From: Octopus sinensis
Taxonomy: Eukaryota
Assembly: GCF_006345805.1 (NCBI RefSeq)
Contig: NC_043000.1
Span: 153,574,001-153,638,000, forward strand
DNA length: 64,000 nucleotides
Direction: 5' to 3'
Below, in pieces: positions 51,695 to 64,000 of this stretch (positions are counted from its first letter, which is position 1; every line of letters starts with the position of its first letter). Below the pieces are notes generated by a model, which did no database searches, was not told where the DNA came from, and was given only the letters and a program-made list of their open reading frames with translations. The position numbers were made by a program, and so were the translations under genes.

Positions 51695-52439
51695 TTGACA
51701 CATTTAATGTAAACGTGGATATGACTATGTCTATAACTATTGTTGTGTATATTTATATATGAATAAATGTGTAGTGCACACAGAAACACATATGTATATA
51801 ATTTATATTCATATAGACAAACTTTCTACAAGAATCTGAGAACACTCTGATATGTCTATATTTTGTTTCTCCTATCTCCAGCATTTCCTTTTCCAAAATT
51901 CTCTTATTATGCCTTAATTGAATTCTCCCATTCCTTTAGTCTCTAAGGAGCTGTTTTTGATTCATATACGAGTTGTATCTATTTAAGCATTCATCCATTC
52001 ATGTTTCCATATATGTATTTGTGTGTATATATACATACACACACAAACCACATTTACACACGCATGCACAAATACACACAGACACACATACATTTACACA
52101 CGCATGCACAAATACACACAGACACACACATGTGATATCATATGTATATATTTATATAATTGTATTAAACAACGGCAATTGTATAATCTGACATATCTAA
52201 GTATTTAATTCGCATCTCCCCAATGGGATTGAAATTTATTCCCAATGCCTTTTGCGATGTCTGCAATTAATTTTAAATCTCAGATTCATTGCTTACTGCT
52301 TTCTGTTTTTTCTTTCATTCGTTTTGCTTTACCATTGTTTTCCTTTTCTGTGCGAAGAAACTCATTCATCATGTCCCATCTGTGGAGATTGACTAAATAT
52401 TGTTACACGTGTGTTCCATTCTCATGAAGTACATCTGCT

Positions 52440-53480
52440 TTGACCTACCAACTATCGCCCTAACACGCTCACTTCCAACACCACAAAGGTATTGGAGACA
52501 GTCATTAACACAGGAATTCTTTAATGTCTCATTTTCTGTCTCTGTTTCTGTGTGTGTGCCTCTCTCTCTCTTTCTTTCTCTCCCTCTCTCTCTCTCTTTC
52601 TCTCGCTCTCTCTCGCACTGTCTCTTCCTCTCTTTCTCTCTCTCTCGCACTTCTCTCTCTCTCACGCACATGGTCTCTCTCTCTCTCTCTCTCTCTCCCT
52701 CTTAGTCTGTCTTTCTGTCTGTCTGTCTGTTTTTCTCTCTCTCCTCCTCTTCTTTCTCTCTCTCCTTGATGACCTTCAGAACGGTTTTCATATATTTACA
52801 AGCTCCAAACCTACACTCATTTGTTTACTTTTTAAAAATGTTTACTTTTCTCTTTTACCAGCGAACTTTCACTGTAACATGCAAAGTTGTTGTCTGCAAT
52901 ATAGCAAAGTCTGTGACAGTATTAAGCAGGCAATCTTCTACCAAAACTACCCACCTACAGGCTCCAATAATCTCTCGTTACTTGGATCGGTATTTTACAA
53001 TTAGAACGAACTATCATGACCTGTGCCGATAGAGCTCGCTCTGACCCACGCTCAATCAACTTTGGTATTTCCTAGAGTATGATTATATGTTCTTACTCCC
53101 CTATAATTTTAATCCCCTATATTAATACTTACTTGTTGCATCAATAACGCCCGCACTTAGTTTATGATACATCCTTCATTATACTCTCTTAGTTGGCTAC
53201 TTATACACACTGCAACTTAAATTCCTGCGCCGCGCCCTTGCTGATTGCATGAACAGCGACCTCGAAAGCATCCCCCATAAGACTATAATCCTCTTCAATA
53301 GCAACAACACGATGCGAGCACTGTTCGTATGAAGAAACCCTCATTGTGCCTCTTTACCGTTAAACATGAGATGCATACAATGAGAGCCTTTGAGGTCCCT
53401 CGGAATGATTAAAACTCACTATTTTTACGGAGCTCTCATAGCGAACGCATGATCTTAGACAGCATCTCAAGATTTGGCCC
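52440..53480 (+). pseudogene. Old LINE reverse-transcriptase relic (CR1/L2/Jockey group) interrupted by (CT)n at 52525-52765
   Basis: NYRPNTLTSNTTKVLETVIN, DLQNGF, LLPKLPTY.L..LVTWI..L..RTI...D..RSDPRSINFGIS, NSDLESI. Confidence 0.7.
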
Positions 53481-53625
53481 TTCTTTTCATACCCAAGCAA
53501 GACTCCTGCAACTTCCTGTCTTCCCTACATTTTATGGAAAAATTAAACGTTGTCCAATGAAATATCACTTTTTTATAGAAAAATATGCTTCGATCAAATT
53601 TATATGTAATTCAACGCAAAAATAT

Positions 53626-54382
53626 GTGAGAGGGTAACCAAAAGAAACCGGAATTGTGAAATATTATTTTATTCACTTAGTTTTAAATGTTTACACCTTT
53701 ATCCAGTATATCGGTCCAGATGCGTTTTCCACTGTTCGGAGTAGTGCGGGAACTCTTGTTTTTTCAGTTCATGACACGCATTCAGTTGTGACTGCTTTTG
53801 ATCTTCCTTGAGCCAGTGAGACACAAACTTTGCTGCAACTCTTTTTATTCGCAATTCCTCGCTCAAAATTCGTTATTCGGATCTCCAGGATACGCTAGTT
53901 ATATCAACAAGTTCGGCAATTGCTTATCGATGGTTATCCAAGATCAGTTCATGAATTTTAGTGATGTTTTCATTCGTTTTAGAGGTCGACGGTCGCCCTG
54001 AACAAGTTTGTTCTTCAAGCAATATGTGACCAGTATTAAAGCTTGAAAACCACTCGTAAACTTGTCTTATGCTCACGGCAGCGTACTTGTCAGCTGTTCG
54101 AAGCATGACAACTGTTTCGGCTGTCATTTTCCCTAGCAGAAAACAGAATTTCACGGAAGCTTGCCGTTCCTTCGTTTCAGCCATCGCAGAAATCAACGAA
54201 CAAAGAAGAAGCACTGCAAAACTAAGATGCCCCACGTGGCACTAAGACTTCATCCAACAACGCCGGTTGGCAGACTGGTGCTTGCAGGTCGCATCAAATC
54301 GGTTTTAGCGGCGGAAGTCTAAACTACAACGGGCTTTTCCCACAGAGAACGTTTCCAGTTACTTTTGGGTAACCCCTCATAC
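53626..54382 (-). mobile_element. Internally deleted mariner with both (diverged) TIRs
   Basis: gagggtaaccaaaagaaaccggaa ... ttccagttacttttgggtaacccctcata; KERQASVKFCFLLGKMTAETVVML...YEWFSSF...EEQTCSGRPSTS. Confidence 0.85.
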
Positions 54383-54402
54383 ATGCACTACTGGTTTTGT
54401 TA

Positions 54403-54614
54403 TACTCTTTACTCTTTTACTTGTTTCAGTCATTTGACTGCGGCCATGCTGGAGCACCGCCTTTAGTTGAGCAACTCGACCCTTGGACTTATTCTTTGTA
54501 AGCCCAGTACTTATTCTATCGGTCTCTTTTGCCGAACCGCTAAGTGACGGGAACGTAAACACACCAGCATCGGTTGTCAAGTAATGCTAGGGGGACAAAC
54601 ACAGATACACAAAC

Positions 54615-54645
<31 letters not shown>

Positions 54646-54815
54646 CATATATACGACGGGCTTCTTTCAGTTTCCGTCTACCAAATCCACTCACAAGGCA
54701 TTGGTCGGCCCGGGGCTATAGCAGAAGACACTTGCCCAAGATGCCACGCAGTGAGACTGAACCCGGAACCATGTAGTTGGTTAGCAAGCTACTTACCACA
54801 CAGCCACTCCTGCGC
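54403..54815 (-). mobile_element. Full-length SINE family A
   Basis: Aligns to the other A copies. Confidence 0.9.
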
Positions 54816-56460
54816 CTATATTTTCATTTTCTACAAAACAAAATTTTAACTATTCAGCACTAATTTAGATTGTTTTCTAAAAGTTCTAAAGCATAAATTA
54901 TTTTAATAAGGTTTTTAAATAAAATTATTTTTTATAAACTCTTTGTGACAAAATCTCATTTCCGATCTATAAACTATAACATTACGGTTTTGTTAATATC
55001 TTAAAGAAATCTTCGTAAGTGTCGGTCTCGCTAGGAACATGCAATATCCCTGCTACAAATTTCTTGAGATCCTACTTTCTGCCTTATTTGAACAAGTCTA
55101 TTACTGACCAAAATTCTTTCACTTATACATTATAATAATTTCCTTTAACTATATTTGGACACATTTTGTAATCAGACATGACCTTAACCGCTAAGCTTAT
55201 ATATTGGGAAGTAGAATAAGGAATGTGGGTTGGTATAGGAGTAATGAGGTATGAACAGGTGTATGAAATTGAACAGAGGGAGGTGAATAGAGAGGGAGTG
55301 AGAGGTTGATAGGTTAGTATCCAATTGAGCAGAGTAGTATTAAGTGCTTTTGGTTGAAGAGGAGAATTGAAAGAAGGGAAAGAATACCACTTCTGAGGAT
55401 GGGTAACTATGGAGGAAGTGGGATATGGTGAGCTAGAGGGATTTTCAAAGGTAGCAATGAGAAGGAAGAGCTTAATAGGGTGGTGTTAGTTCAGGTGGTA
55501 TGTTGGTGGGCTGACCATTTCGTATCCCAGGGTTAATTTCATTAAGGATAATTATAGTTATGGGACTACATAGATTTAACAAAAAGAGCAAATGATGAAT
55601 AAAACTTGTGTTTATAAGACAGTATTACATCTGAGAACCAATTAAGTAATGAGAGATTGTGGTGGCGAAGTATGGTTAGCGATCTGATGACAGAGGCTCG
55701 TCCTATCCAATGTTAATTGCATCCATACGGCTGCATATTGTGATGAACTATATATACAAACTTTATTATGGATCTCCAAGCCTCCCAGGAACAGCTGTTG
55801 GACTTATAACACTTTTCTTCCACCCCTTTGATTTTCTCTGTTGTATGTACTCTGTGTAATTTGGCCGTATTAATAACACTATCTGTATATTTTCACGTAA
55901 GAATTCATCTGAAAGTCTCCACCTTTTGCTTTCACTCATTTTTCATGTATGCATATATGAATCTCTTGTGTTTCTTAACAAACTATTATCTTTCATATAT
56001 TTATATATTTAATGTGTCTAATTTGTTGATCCACATAACTACATCTCTCTGTCTTTTTGTTTCTGTTTATGTGTGTGTGTGCCACTCTCTCTTTCTCTCT
56101 TTACATATATACATGCTGTATATATATATATTGATGAATGAATTATCCCTTGTTTATATCTAACATGGAAAATTCAATAAACAGTTACTAGGGTAGCAAA
56201 ATTCACGCAAGTAACAAGGATGTGCACTTTACTTCAATAGAGAAATCTACTTCCAAGCCTTTGAACATTTTTTTCAACCAATATATCCATCTTTATTTGT
56301 TGTCTACTTATTATTTCTTTACCGTTTCTCTTCCTATGGTCTGCCTTTGACGCCAGATCTACTAACGTTTTTTTTTTTAAATACTTAATAGCGTTCTGTT
56401 AATCATTTATGCAGTCATCAAAATTGTTATAATGTCTTGTTGTTGAGATAAGTTCTCTTT

Positions 56461-56546
56461 CTTTCCTGATGAGAAGATTACATTATTTTACACCGTTTAT
56501 TCCTTTGGAGTAAAACCAATGTTGTCTTCGAAACATATGTCGAAAG
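56461..56546 (+). ncRNA. Canonical type I hammerhead ribozyme (predicted cleavage after C56541)
   Basis: CTTTC-CTGATGA-GAAGAT(45 nt)GTCTTC-GAA-AC(ATAT)GT-C-GAAAG: perfect 5-bp stem I, G10.1-C11.1, full core, GUC triplet, palindromic stem III ACATATGT. Confidence 0.85.
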
Positions 56547-56589
56547 TAAAAGAATTTTAATAACACCTGCGTTCAACTCCATTTATTTA

Positions 56590-56645
<56 letters not shown>

Positions 56646-57069
56646 ATATATAAATATTGAACTATATGAATTACCTTGTACCTAACTTAGACTCAGGCTA
56701 AGAATGTTTGTTAGAAGTGTATATACGTCTATATTTGAATAGTTATATGTGGATATATTTCATTTTACTTTATTATACTATCTCTTTCCTAACTCCATAA
56801 TAGTGAGAAAGTACGTAAGAAGTATATATATGCGAATGTGTAGATGAATACATGTGTATGTTTTTGTATATACACACGTCTATTTATGGATCCACGCGTG
56901 GGTACATAAATATATACAGAATACATTGTATGTGGGTAAAACTTTTCAGCCCGACATATATTGTTGTAAACGGTAATGATAGCAAGAATATTAGTAAGAA
57001 GCATATATATGAGCATATATATATATATATATATATTTGTTCGTCATGATGCTGACATAAGTTCCTTGT

Positions 57070-57152
57070 CTTTCCTGATGAGAAGACGGCATAATGCACC
57101 CTTTATTCCTTCGGAATTAAGAATATGCAGTCTTCGAGACATATGTCGAGAA
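57070..57152 (+). ncRNA. Second copy of the same hammerhead family with A14>G core change
   Basis: CTTTC-CTGATGA-GAAGAC(42 nt)GTCTTC-GAG-AC(ATAT)GT-C-GAGAA; repeat units about 56437-56590 and 57046-57195, each followed by (TA)n. Confidence 0.7.
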
Positions 57153-58314
57153 TAAAGGAATTTTGTTAAATCGTCGTTCGACTCCATTCTTTCATTTATA
57201 TATATATATATTTATATATATATATATGTGTGTGTGTTTGCGTGCGTGTGCGCGTGTGTGTGCGTGTGTGTGTGAATGTGTGTGTGTGTGTGTGTATGCA
57301 CGCGTAAAACGATCTACACTACTTTGTAAGAGGTTATTGGGAAGAAAATTTATACGGGACGGGTAAGTATACACACTAAGTTACTATGTGTTTCTAATTG
57401 TTTCAAATAACCACATAAAAATTGGCGACAATGAAATAACTTTAAACAGAGGCTCGTTCGATTCAGAATGAGACTAGTTGTTTTGTCGCCACAGACGGAT
57501 GATTATTTATATCGTTAAAAGATAAAAGGGAACCGATGATAAGTACTGAAAGGGTCAGTCTTCACCACTTTATCATTTCCTTATCACTAAATGCTTGATC
57601 TTATTCTTCATATTATTCTCGAATCTGTTGAGAACTTAGCTTCTTATAATCCCACAATTAAGATAGAATGATTACTTTATAGTAAAACTCACACTTTTTC
57701 TTTCTTTTGTCTGTTTATTAAGTCATGTATTTTGAATTGTATTTGATCAGGCTCTATAACTGTGGGCTTAATTTTGTCTGTAATCTTCAAAATGACACAG
57801 GACTTTGGGTAAACATTATCACATTGAGTGAAATGACGGGATGATCTAACGAAGAACCTATGTAAACAGTCACATAAGGAGGCGCATTTTATACCTGAGG
57901 AGGCTCATTTTACATCTTGGCGCATTTTACACCTAAATGATTACAGAATACCTTACCAAAGTACTAAAGGCGTAAAAATGTGTCGAAACAATTATATTAT
58001 CTTAAATAAAAATTGCCGTTCATTCCATTTACTATCATTTATCTATTTATATGAACTCTACTGATACTATGGAATTCTCGACGTTTTTCCAGTAGCGGGA
58101 GCATTTCCACTCTGCGATGACATCTGATAGCCAATACCTGTGAACGAGCTTTGCAGAGCATTCTACAAGGTTTTATCCGAATCTTATTTAACTCTTTCTC
58201 TCTCTCTCCCTCCCTCTCTCCTCTTCTCTCTCTCCCTCTATCCCCTCTCCTCTCGTCCCTCAACCTGTCTCCCTGTCCCCTCTCTCCCCTATTTCTTTCC
58301 ACTCTCTCCCCATC

Positions 58315-58417
<103 letters not shown>

Positions 58418-58447
58418 TATATATATAATATATATATATATTATTAT

Positions 58448-58551
58448 ATAGAAGGAGCTTCTACAGGACTAGTACTGTTTTCATTCAAGAGAAATCTTCC
58501 TGAAGATTTCTCTTGAATGAACAGTACTAGTCCTGTAGAAGCTCCTTCTAT
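58448..58551. repeat. Near-perfect palindrome (52/50-bp arms, 2-nt centre) embedding a hammerhead-like motif
   Basis: 58448-58499 vs 58502-58551 differ only by a 2-nt indel in a T/A run. Confidence 0.92.
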
Positions 58552-58745
58552 TAATAAATTAATTTTACTCTGCTATGTATTGAGTACCTTACTTACTGTG
58601 GTAACCCCGGATCAACCGGGACCTACAATAATATATATATATATATATAATAATATATATATATATATAAATATAGATATATAGATAGACTGATAGATAG
58701 ACAGATAGATAGATAGATGGATGGATAGATAGATGATAGATAGAT

Positions 58746-58822
<77 letters not shown>

Positions 58823-59099
58823 TTAGATCTGTATATATGTGTGTTCGCATTTATGTACATGTATGCTTGCATATGTGTCTGAGATTTCTTGTGTATAAAT
58901 AAATTAGGGTGTCTGATATTTGATGGAGTTTTGGCAATATTTTCTCCACTAATACACCTGTACTAAGTCTACCCACACACTTTCTTTTCTAGATTTCTCA
59001 CATACACATTCACACTCACACGCTCACAGACGTATACATACACACACGCATACAATACCTGACAGTCTCACATATACACCCAGATGCTTACGCACGCAT

Positions 59100-59139
59100 A
59101 CATATACTTATATATTATAGGCAAATACGTACAAATATA

Positions 59140-59171
<32 letters not shown>

Positions 59172-59233
59172 TATATATTTATTATATATACTCACAGACA
59201 TATATTTACATATGTACAATATGCACACACGCA

Positions 59234-59284
<51 letters not shown>

Positions 59285-60833
59285 TATATAATAGATATAT
59301 ATAAATGTATATATGTATGTATATATATATATATATATAACAGTTATATATATATATTATATATATATTATATAAATGTATATACATATATGTACTTATA
59401 GCTATATTTATGTATGCATGCCTATATATATATGTGTATATATATATACGGTTATTTATTTATGTATATATGTGTATATAATTTTTTATGTATGTATTTA
59501 TGTTTATTGCTTGCTATACTTTATTAGGCTAGGACATTCAGTTCTCAATAGAACTTGGATAAAACAACTATTTATCAAGTGAGTCATATAGCATCTCTTA
59601 CACGCGTGTAGCATGAAATATATTGTATCGTTACATTATTCGCAGTCATTTCATTAGATTCTTCTGATCAAATCTCGTCTATAATTCTCAATTATTATAT
59701 TGCATATAGGAACTACTAATCTTTTAATTACTAATTTTTGTATGTGTGACTGATATTTCTGTAGGTGTTTATGTGTGTCTTCGTTTCTTTTTCTATCTCA
59801 GTCTATATTTTTTTTATATCTATCTCCATGTCCACCTTCCTTCCTATCTTCCTATCTATCCTCGTAACTACAAACTTACATACCTATCTTCCTACCTAGC
59901 CATCTACCTACCCACATACTTACTTACCTACCTACATACCTACTTACCTACCAACTTTCCTACCTAGCTGTCTACTTCTCCTTTCCCCAATTCCACTTCT
60001 ATTTATATATCTGTCTATATGTAAACATATATATATATATCTATGTGCGTGTGTCTTTTTATGTATGAGTGTGCATATAAATATATATATACATATAATT
60101 ATATGTACGTATACATATATATACATATCTATACACGTGCCTATATAAATATATATATATATATTATATATATAATTACATATAAGCATATATATACGTA
60201 TATATAAACGCTTATATCTATATGCATATATATATATATATATATATGATTGCATATATATATATACATGATATATATATGTATACATACAACACATATA
60301 TATATATACATATATATGTACATATATGTATGTATATATAAATACTATTATAACATATATACTACACATATATACATGTAATATATCAATATATTATATA
60401 TATATATATAGATTTATATAATATTATATATATATATTATATATATATATATATTATATATATCTATTTATATATTTAATGTATATATATATATGTGAAG
60501 TATATGATATAGATTCAGAGAACCGTCTGGTAACACAGAAACGGCCGTAATCCTAAGGATATCAAGTGGTTAAATGAACATATTCACCATTCATAACGCC
60601 TGACTTCTTATGGTTTCCGTATATTGTAGCACTGTAACATACACCTCTTGTCGAAATTGCATTGTAATGTCTTAATATACTTATGTGTATATACATCCAA
60701 AGATAGATTCACACACATACATATGTATGTATATGTATATATACATATATGTATTTTTGTATGTATATATATATATGTATATATATATATATAATGCATA
60801 TATATATATATATATATGTGTGTGTGGTGTGTG

Positions 60834-60865
<32 letters not shown>

Positions 60866-60920
60866 TACGTGCTTATATATATGTTTATATATGTTTATAC
60901 ATACATATAATATATATATA

Positions 60921-60971
<51 letters not shown>

Positions 60972-61010
60972 GTGTGTGTTGTGTGTGTGTGTGTTTCTGT
61001 GTGTGTATAT
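59100..61010. repeat. Extended TA/CA/TG low-complexity region
   Basis: Direct inspection; source of many spurious I/Y-rich ORFs. Confidence 0.9.
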
Positions 61011-61150
61011 GTATACATGCACGTGTGCGTATGTGTTTCATACTTGCCGTTAACGATGCTATGATCATAATAAATTGTATCATGGAAAACCGTATCATTG
61101 TTCAAAAATAATGTCTTCTAATGAAGAAGAACAAATCAAAATGGACATTG

Positions 61151-61440
61151 TTTGTTCCTTCTCGAGCCATGCCTGGCTCATTAGGGCCGGTTTCCCGGTT
61201 TCCTTGGCGTATAATTTTCCCACCTGGCCGGGACACCGGTCCGTCGCAGATGAGCTGCAAGATGCAGGAGGAAAGAGTGAAAGAAAGTTTTGGCGAAAGA
61301 GTCAGCAGAAGTTCGCCATTACCTTATGCCGGAGCCGCGTGGAGCTTAGGTGTTTCGCTCATAAACACGCACCTCACTCGGTCTGAGATTCGAACTTACG
61401 ATCCCTCGACCGCGAGTTCACTCCTCTAACCACTAGGTCA
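61151..61440 (-). mobile_element. SINE with family C head and a different 3' tail; perfect 14-bp TSD
   Basis: CAAAATGGACATTG at 61137-61150 and 61441-61454; head and gtgttt..gcgaaacacctaagctccacg block shared with family C. Confidence 0.85.
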
Positions 61441-61752
61441 CAAAATGGACATTGGTAAAATACAGATATGAACGGGACAACTGAAATAATATTAGATAAC
61501 CAGAGGTCTTCTCTCACTTGCCAATCGGATCCTCGTTATTTTGAGATCATAAGGCATGAACATGATTTTCTATCGTTTTATAAATACAGCATTAAAAATT
61601 CAGTGTTAAAAATAGTGTAATTTTGTTTTGGAATATGTAATCATATTTTTAGCGCAATATAAATTACAAACATGTAAATCGATAACATTAAACATTTAAG
61701 ATGAAATTTAAGCTTGTGAATAGAAAAATATTGAAAAATAAAGCAAAAGAAT

Positions 61753-62035
61753 CAGCTCTTCAATATCCTCCCGAAGAACCTAAGAGACCTGCATGGGGTG
61801 GATGCAGATGTCTTTAAAATGAAACTGGATCTCTTCCTGTCAGGTATCCCAGATGAACCAACTTAACGGCAGGAGGTGCAGATGAGAGCAGCTGCATCGA
61901 ACTCTCTCATGCACCAAATGGCAATTGCTAAAAAGCATTTGTGAAGTAAAACCATGTAGCAACACCAAATGGCGGTTTTCCAGCATGGCCACAGCTCGTG
62001 AGCTGAAACTAGAATCAATCAATCAATCAATCAAT
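61753..62035 (+). mobile_element. CR1/L2-group LINE 3' end with (AATC)n tail
   Basis: QLFNILPKNLRDLHGVDADVFKMKLDLFLSGIPDEPT*RQEVQMRAAASNSLMHQ; 3' UTR then (AATC)5. Confidence 0.75.
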
Positions 62036-62329
62036 AGTGATTAAAAGAAGTTAAAGAAGAGAACGAAGAGGCTGAATTATCAATGCACAATCGTAGGCCA
62101 TTTTATGAGAAAGCCAAATTTTGTGTTTTCAGTTTCTTCCTCTACTCTTGCCACAAATGTTACAAATCAACAGGAGAAAGTCATGCGTAGGATGTTTTAG
62201 CTGAGAACCAGAGGTGACCATTATAAACCAATATGGATGGAAGAAATGAGAAAAAAGTAAAAAGAAAAAAAACAACCTACTTGAGAAATAATAAAAGGGA
62301 ATAAAAAAAATGGCTTCTTTATTGAAAAT

Positions 62330-62472
62330 CAGGAGTGGCTGTGTGGTAAGTAGCCTCCTTACCAACCACATGGTTCCGGGTTCAATCTCACTGCGTGGCA
62401 CGTTGGGCAAGTGTCTTCTACTATAGCCTCGGGCCGACCAAAGCCTTGTAAGTGGATTTGTTAGACGTCGTA

Positions 62473-62503
<31 letters not shown>

Positions 62504-62508
62504 TAATA

Positions 62509-62539
<31 letters not shown>

Positions 62540-62750
62540 TTGTGTGTGTGTGTGTTTGTGTGTGTGTTTGTGTGTCTGTATTTTTCCCCCAGTCATCGCT
62601 TGGCAACCGATGCTGGTGTGTTTAATTCCCTGTACCTTAGCGGTTGGGCAAAACAGACCGATAGAATAAGTACTAGGCTTACAAAGAATAATTCCTGGGG
62701 TCGATTTGCTTGACTAAAATGACTGAAACAAGTAAAAGAGTAAAAGAGTA
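62330..62750 (+). mobile_element. SINE family A with internal deletions
   Basis: caggagtggctgtgtgg...gactgaaacaagtaaaagag. Confidence 0.85.
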
Positions 62751-62953
62751 AACTACTACACCAAGGAAAAATCCTTTCAGTTAACGGAGGCCGAATTATG
62801 TCTACAGTTTTGATGTGCAACTCAAGCTTGAAATAACTCCAACTTTGCATAAAATAACCTTCAGTATACATCCTTGACTAATCGTTCGTATTATTAGTTT
62901 ATTGGCAGCTTCTATCAATACGTGACATCGACCAATATTTCTGTCATATATAC

Positions 62954-63275
62954 AGGAGCATTCCGTCGGTTACGACGACGAGGGTCCCAGCTGATACGAT
63001 CAACGGAACTGCTTGTTCGTGGAATTAACGTGCAAGTGGCTGAGAACTCCACAGACACGTGTACCTCTAACGTAGTTCTCAGGGAGATTCAGCGTGACAC
63101 AGAGTGTGACAAGGCCGGCCGTTTGAAATACAGGTACAACTCATTTTTGCCAGCTGAGTGGACTGGAGCAACGTGAAATAAAGTGTCTTGCTCAAGGACA
63201 CAACGCGTCGCCGGGAATTGAACTCACGACCTTACAAACGTCAGCCGAATGCCCTAACCACTAAGCCACACACCT
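62954..63275 (-). mobile_element. SINE family D (tRNA head, CORE-like)
   Basis: Minus: gtgtgtggcttagtggttagggc...gtgagttcaattccc...tgtgtccttgagcaagacac. Confidence 0.85.
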
Positions 63276-64000
63276 TCACATTATTTCTGTCATATCTTAC
63301 TTCTGATAAAAAAAAAAAAAAAATGCTAAATGTAGATTTTAGTACACCTAACTGTCAATGGAATTGCTGTTAAATTAATGTCAAAATCTGAAGTAACATC
63401 ATTAGTATTAAGATTGATTAGGATAGTTTCTTTCCAAAACTTCAAATCTAACATCTAAATAACTAACTTTATTCAGATTTGTATTTTTTCTCATTGCATC
63501 TAAATACTTAGGATAAATTTCATATTGTTAATACTTGGAGAAAAACGTATAATTAATACTCTAAATCTCTCGTATGTATCTGGAACAACCACTAAGCAGC
63601 CTAATTAAGCGTATCATTATCCGTATCTATAAATCATTAAGAAAGTAAATTGTCACGATGTCAAGTACAAGCCAGCTAACGAAGGCTACGATTACCTCCC
63701 GTAGGAATACATGCATGTTGCCTGCTTATATGTCTTACACGTAAACAAATTGTTCACATTTTCGGCAATAAATCTTATGAGCTTTAATAATTTATCTTTC
63801 TCAAATTTCTACAGTCATTATAATATATTAGCAGAAAGTCATGAACAAAATAATATTGATATTGTTATGTTAATTGCGTGTATCTGTGGGTATCTGTGTA
63901 CGCGCATGTATGTGTACGTTTTTGTGCGTATGCGGGTTTCGACACTACTTCAGGTTTCCTGCAAGCAAATTTTGTAATTTTTAAGTGTTTCACTTATGAA

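Noticed and set aside
55190-55530. Purine-rich plus strand with a long stop-free minus frame
   Set aside because: Composition alone removes minus-strand stops; no motif recognised; probably a decayed retroelement
57878-57934. Three imperfect ~21-bp repeats (ggcgcattttac) as CRISPR-like
   Set aside because: No unique spacers, eukaryotic context and no cas genes
58060-58160. Short protein-like minus-strand frame (NALQSSFTGIGYQMSSQSGNAPATGKTSRIP*)
   Set aside because: The upstream acceptor region is purine-rich; no homology recognised

Overview
AT-rich, microsatellite-saturated eukaryotic DNA with one 100-N scaffold gap (47188-47287). The SINE families and (TA)n/(TATG)n/(GATA)n/(AAT)n density match my recollection of Octopus genomes; this is an inference, not a database result. 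I find no confident host-gene exon, and almost all supplied ORFs are microsatellite or transposon artefacts. The window is mostly mobile elements: four tRNA-derived SINE families (my labels A-D), four R4/Dong-like LINE fragments, a head-to-tail cluster of three Tx1/L1-like LINEs, CR1/L2-type fragments, four mariner relics, Helitron/Helentron-type elements, MITE-like elements, Penelope-like remnants and a ~2.06-kb near-identical tandem duplication. Highlights: (1) a canonical type I hammerhead ribozyme at 56461-56546 with a diverged sister copy 609 bp downstream that shows compensatory base-pair changes, plus further hammerhead(-like) motifs in other repeat families (24841-24886 on minus, 4631/6689, 20308, 58495); (2) Tx1-like LINEs with (GATA)n at every visible junction and Dong-like LINEs sitting in (AAT)n, suggesting microsatellite targeting; (3) a SINE and a CR1/L2 LINE sharing a 3' tail with a conserved hairpin; (4) several near-perfect inverted repeats anchored on (TA)n tracts.
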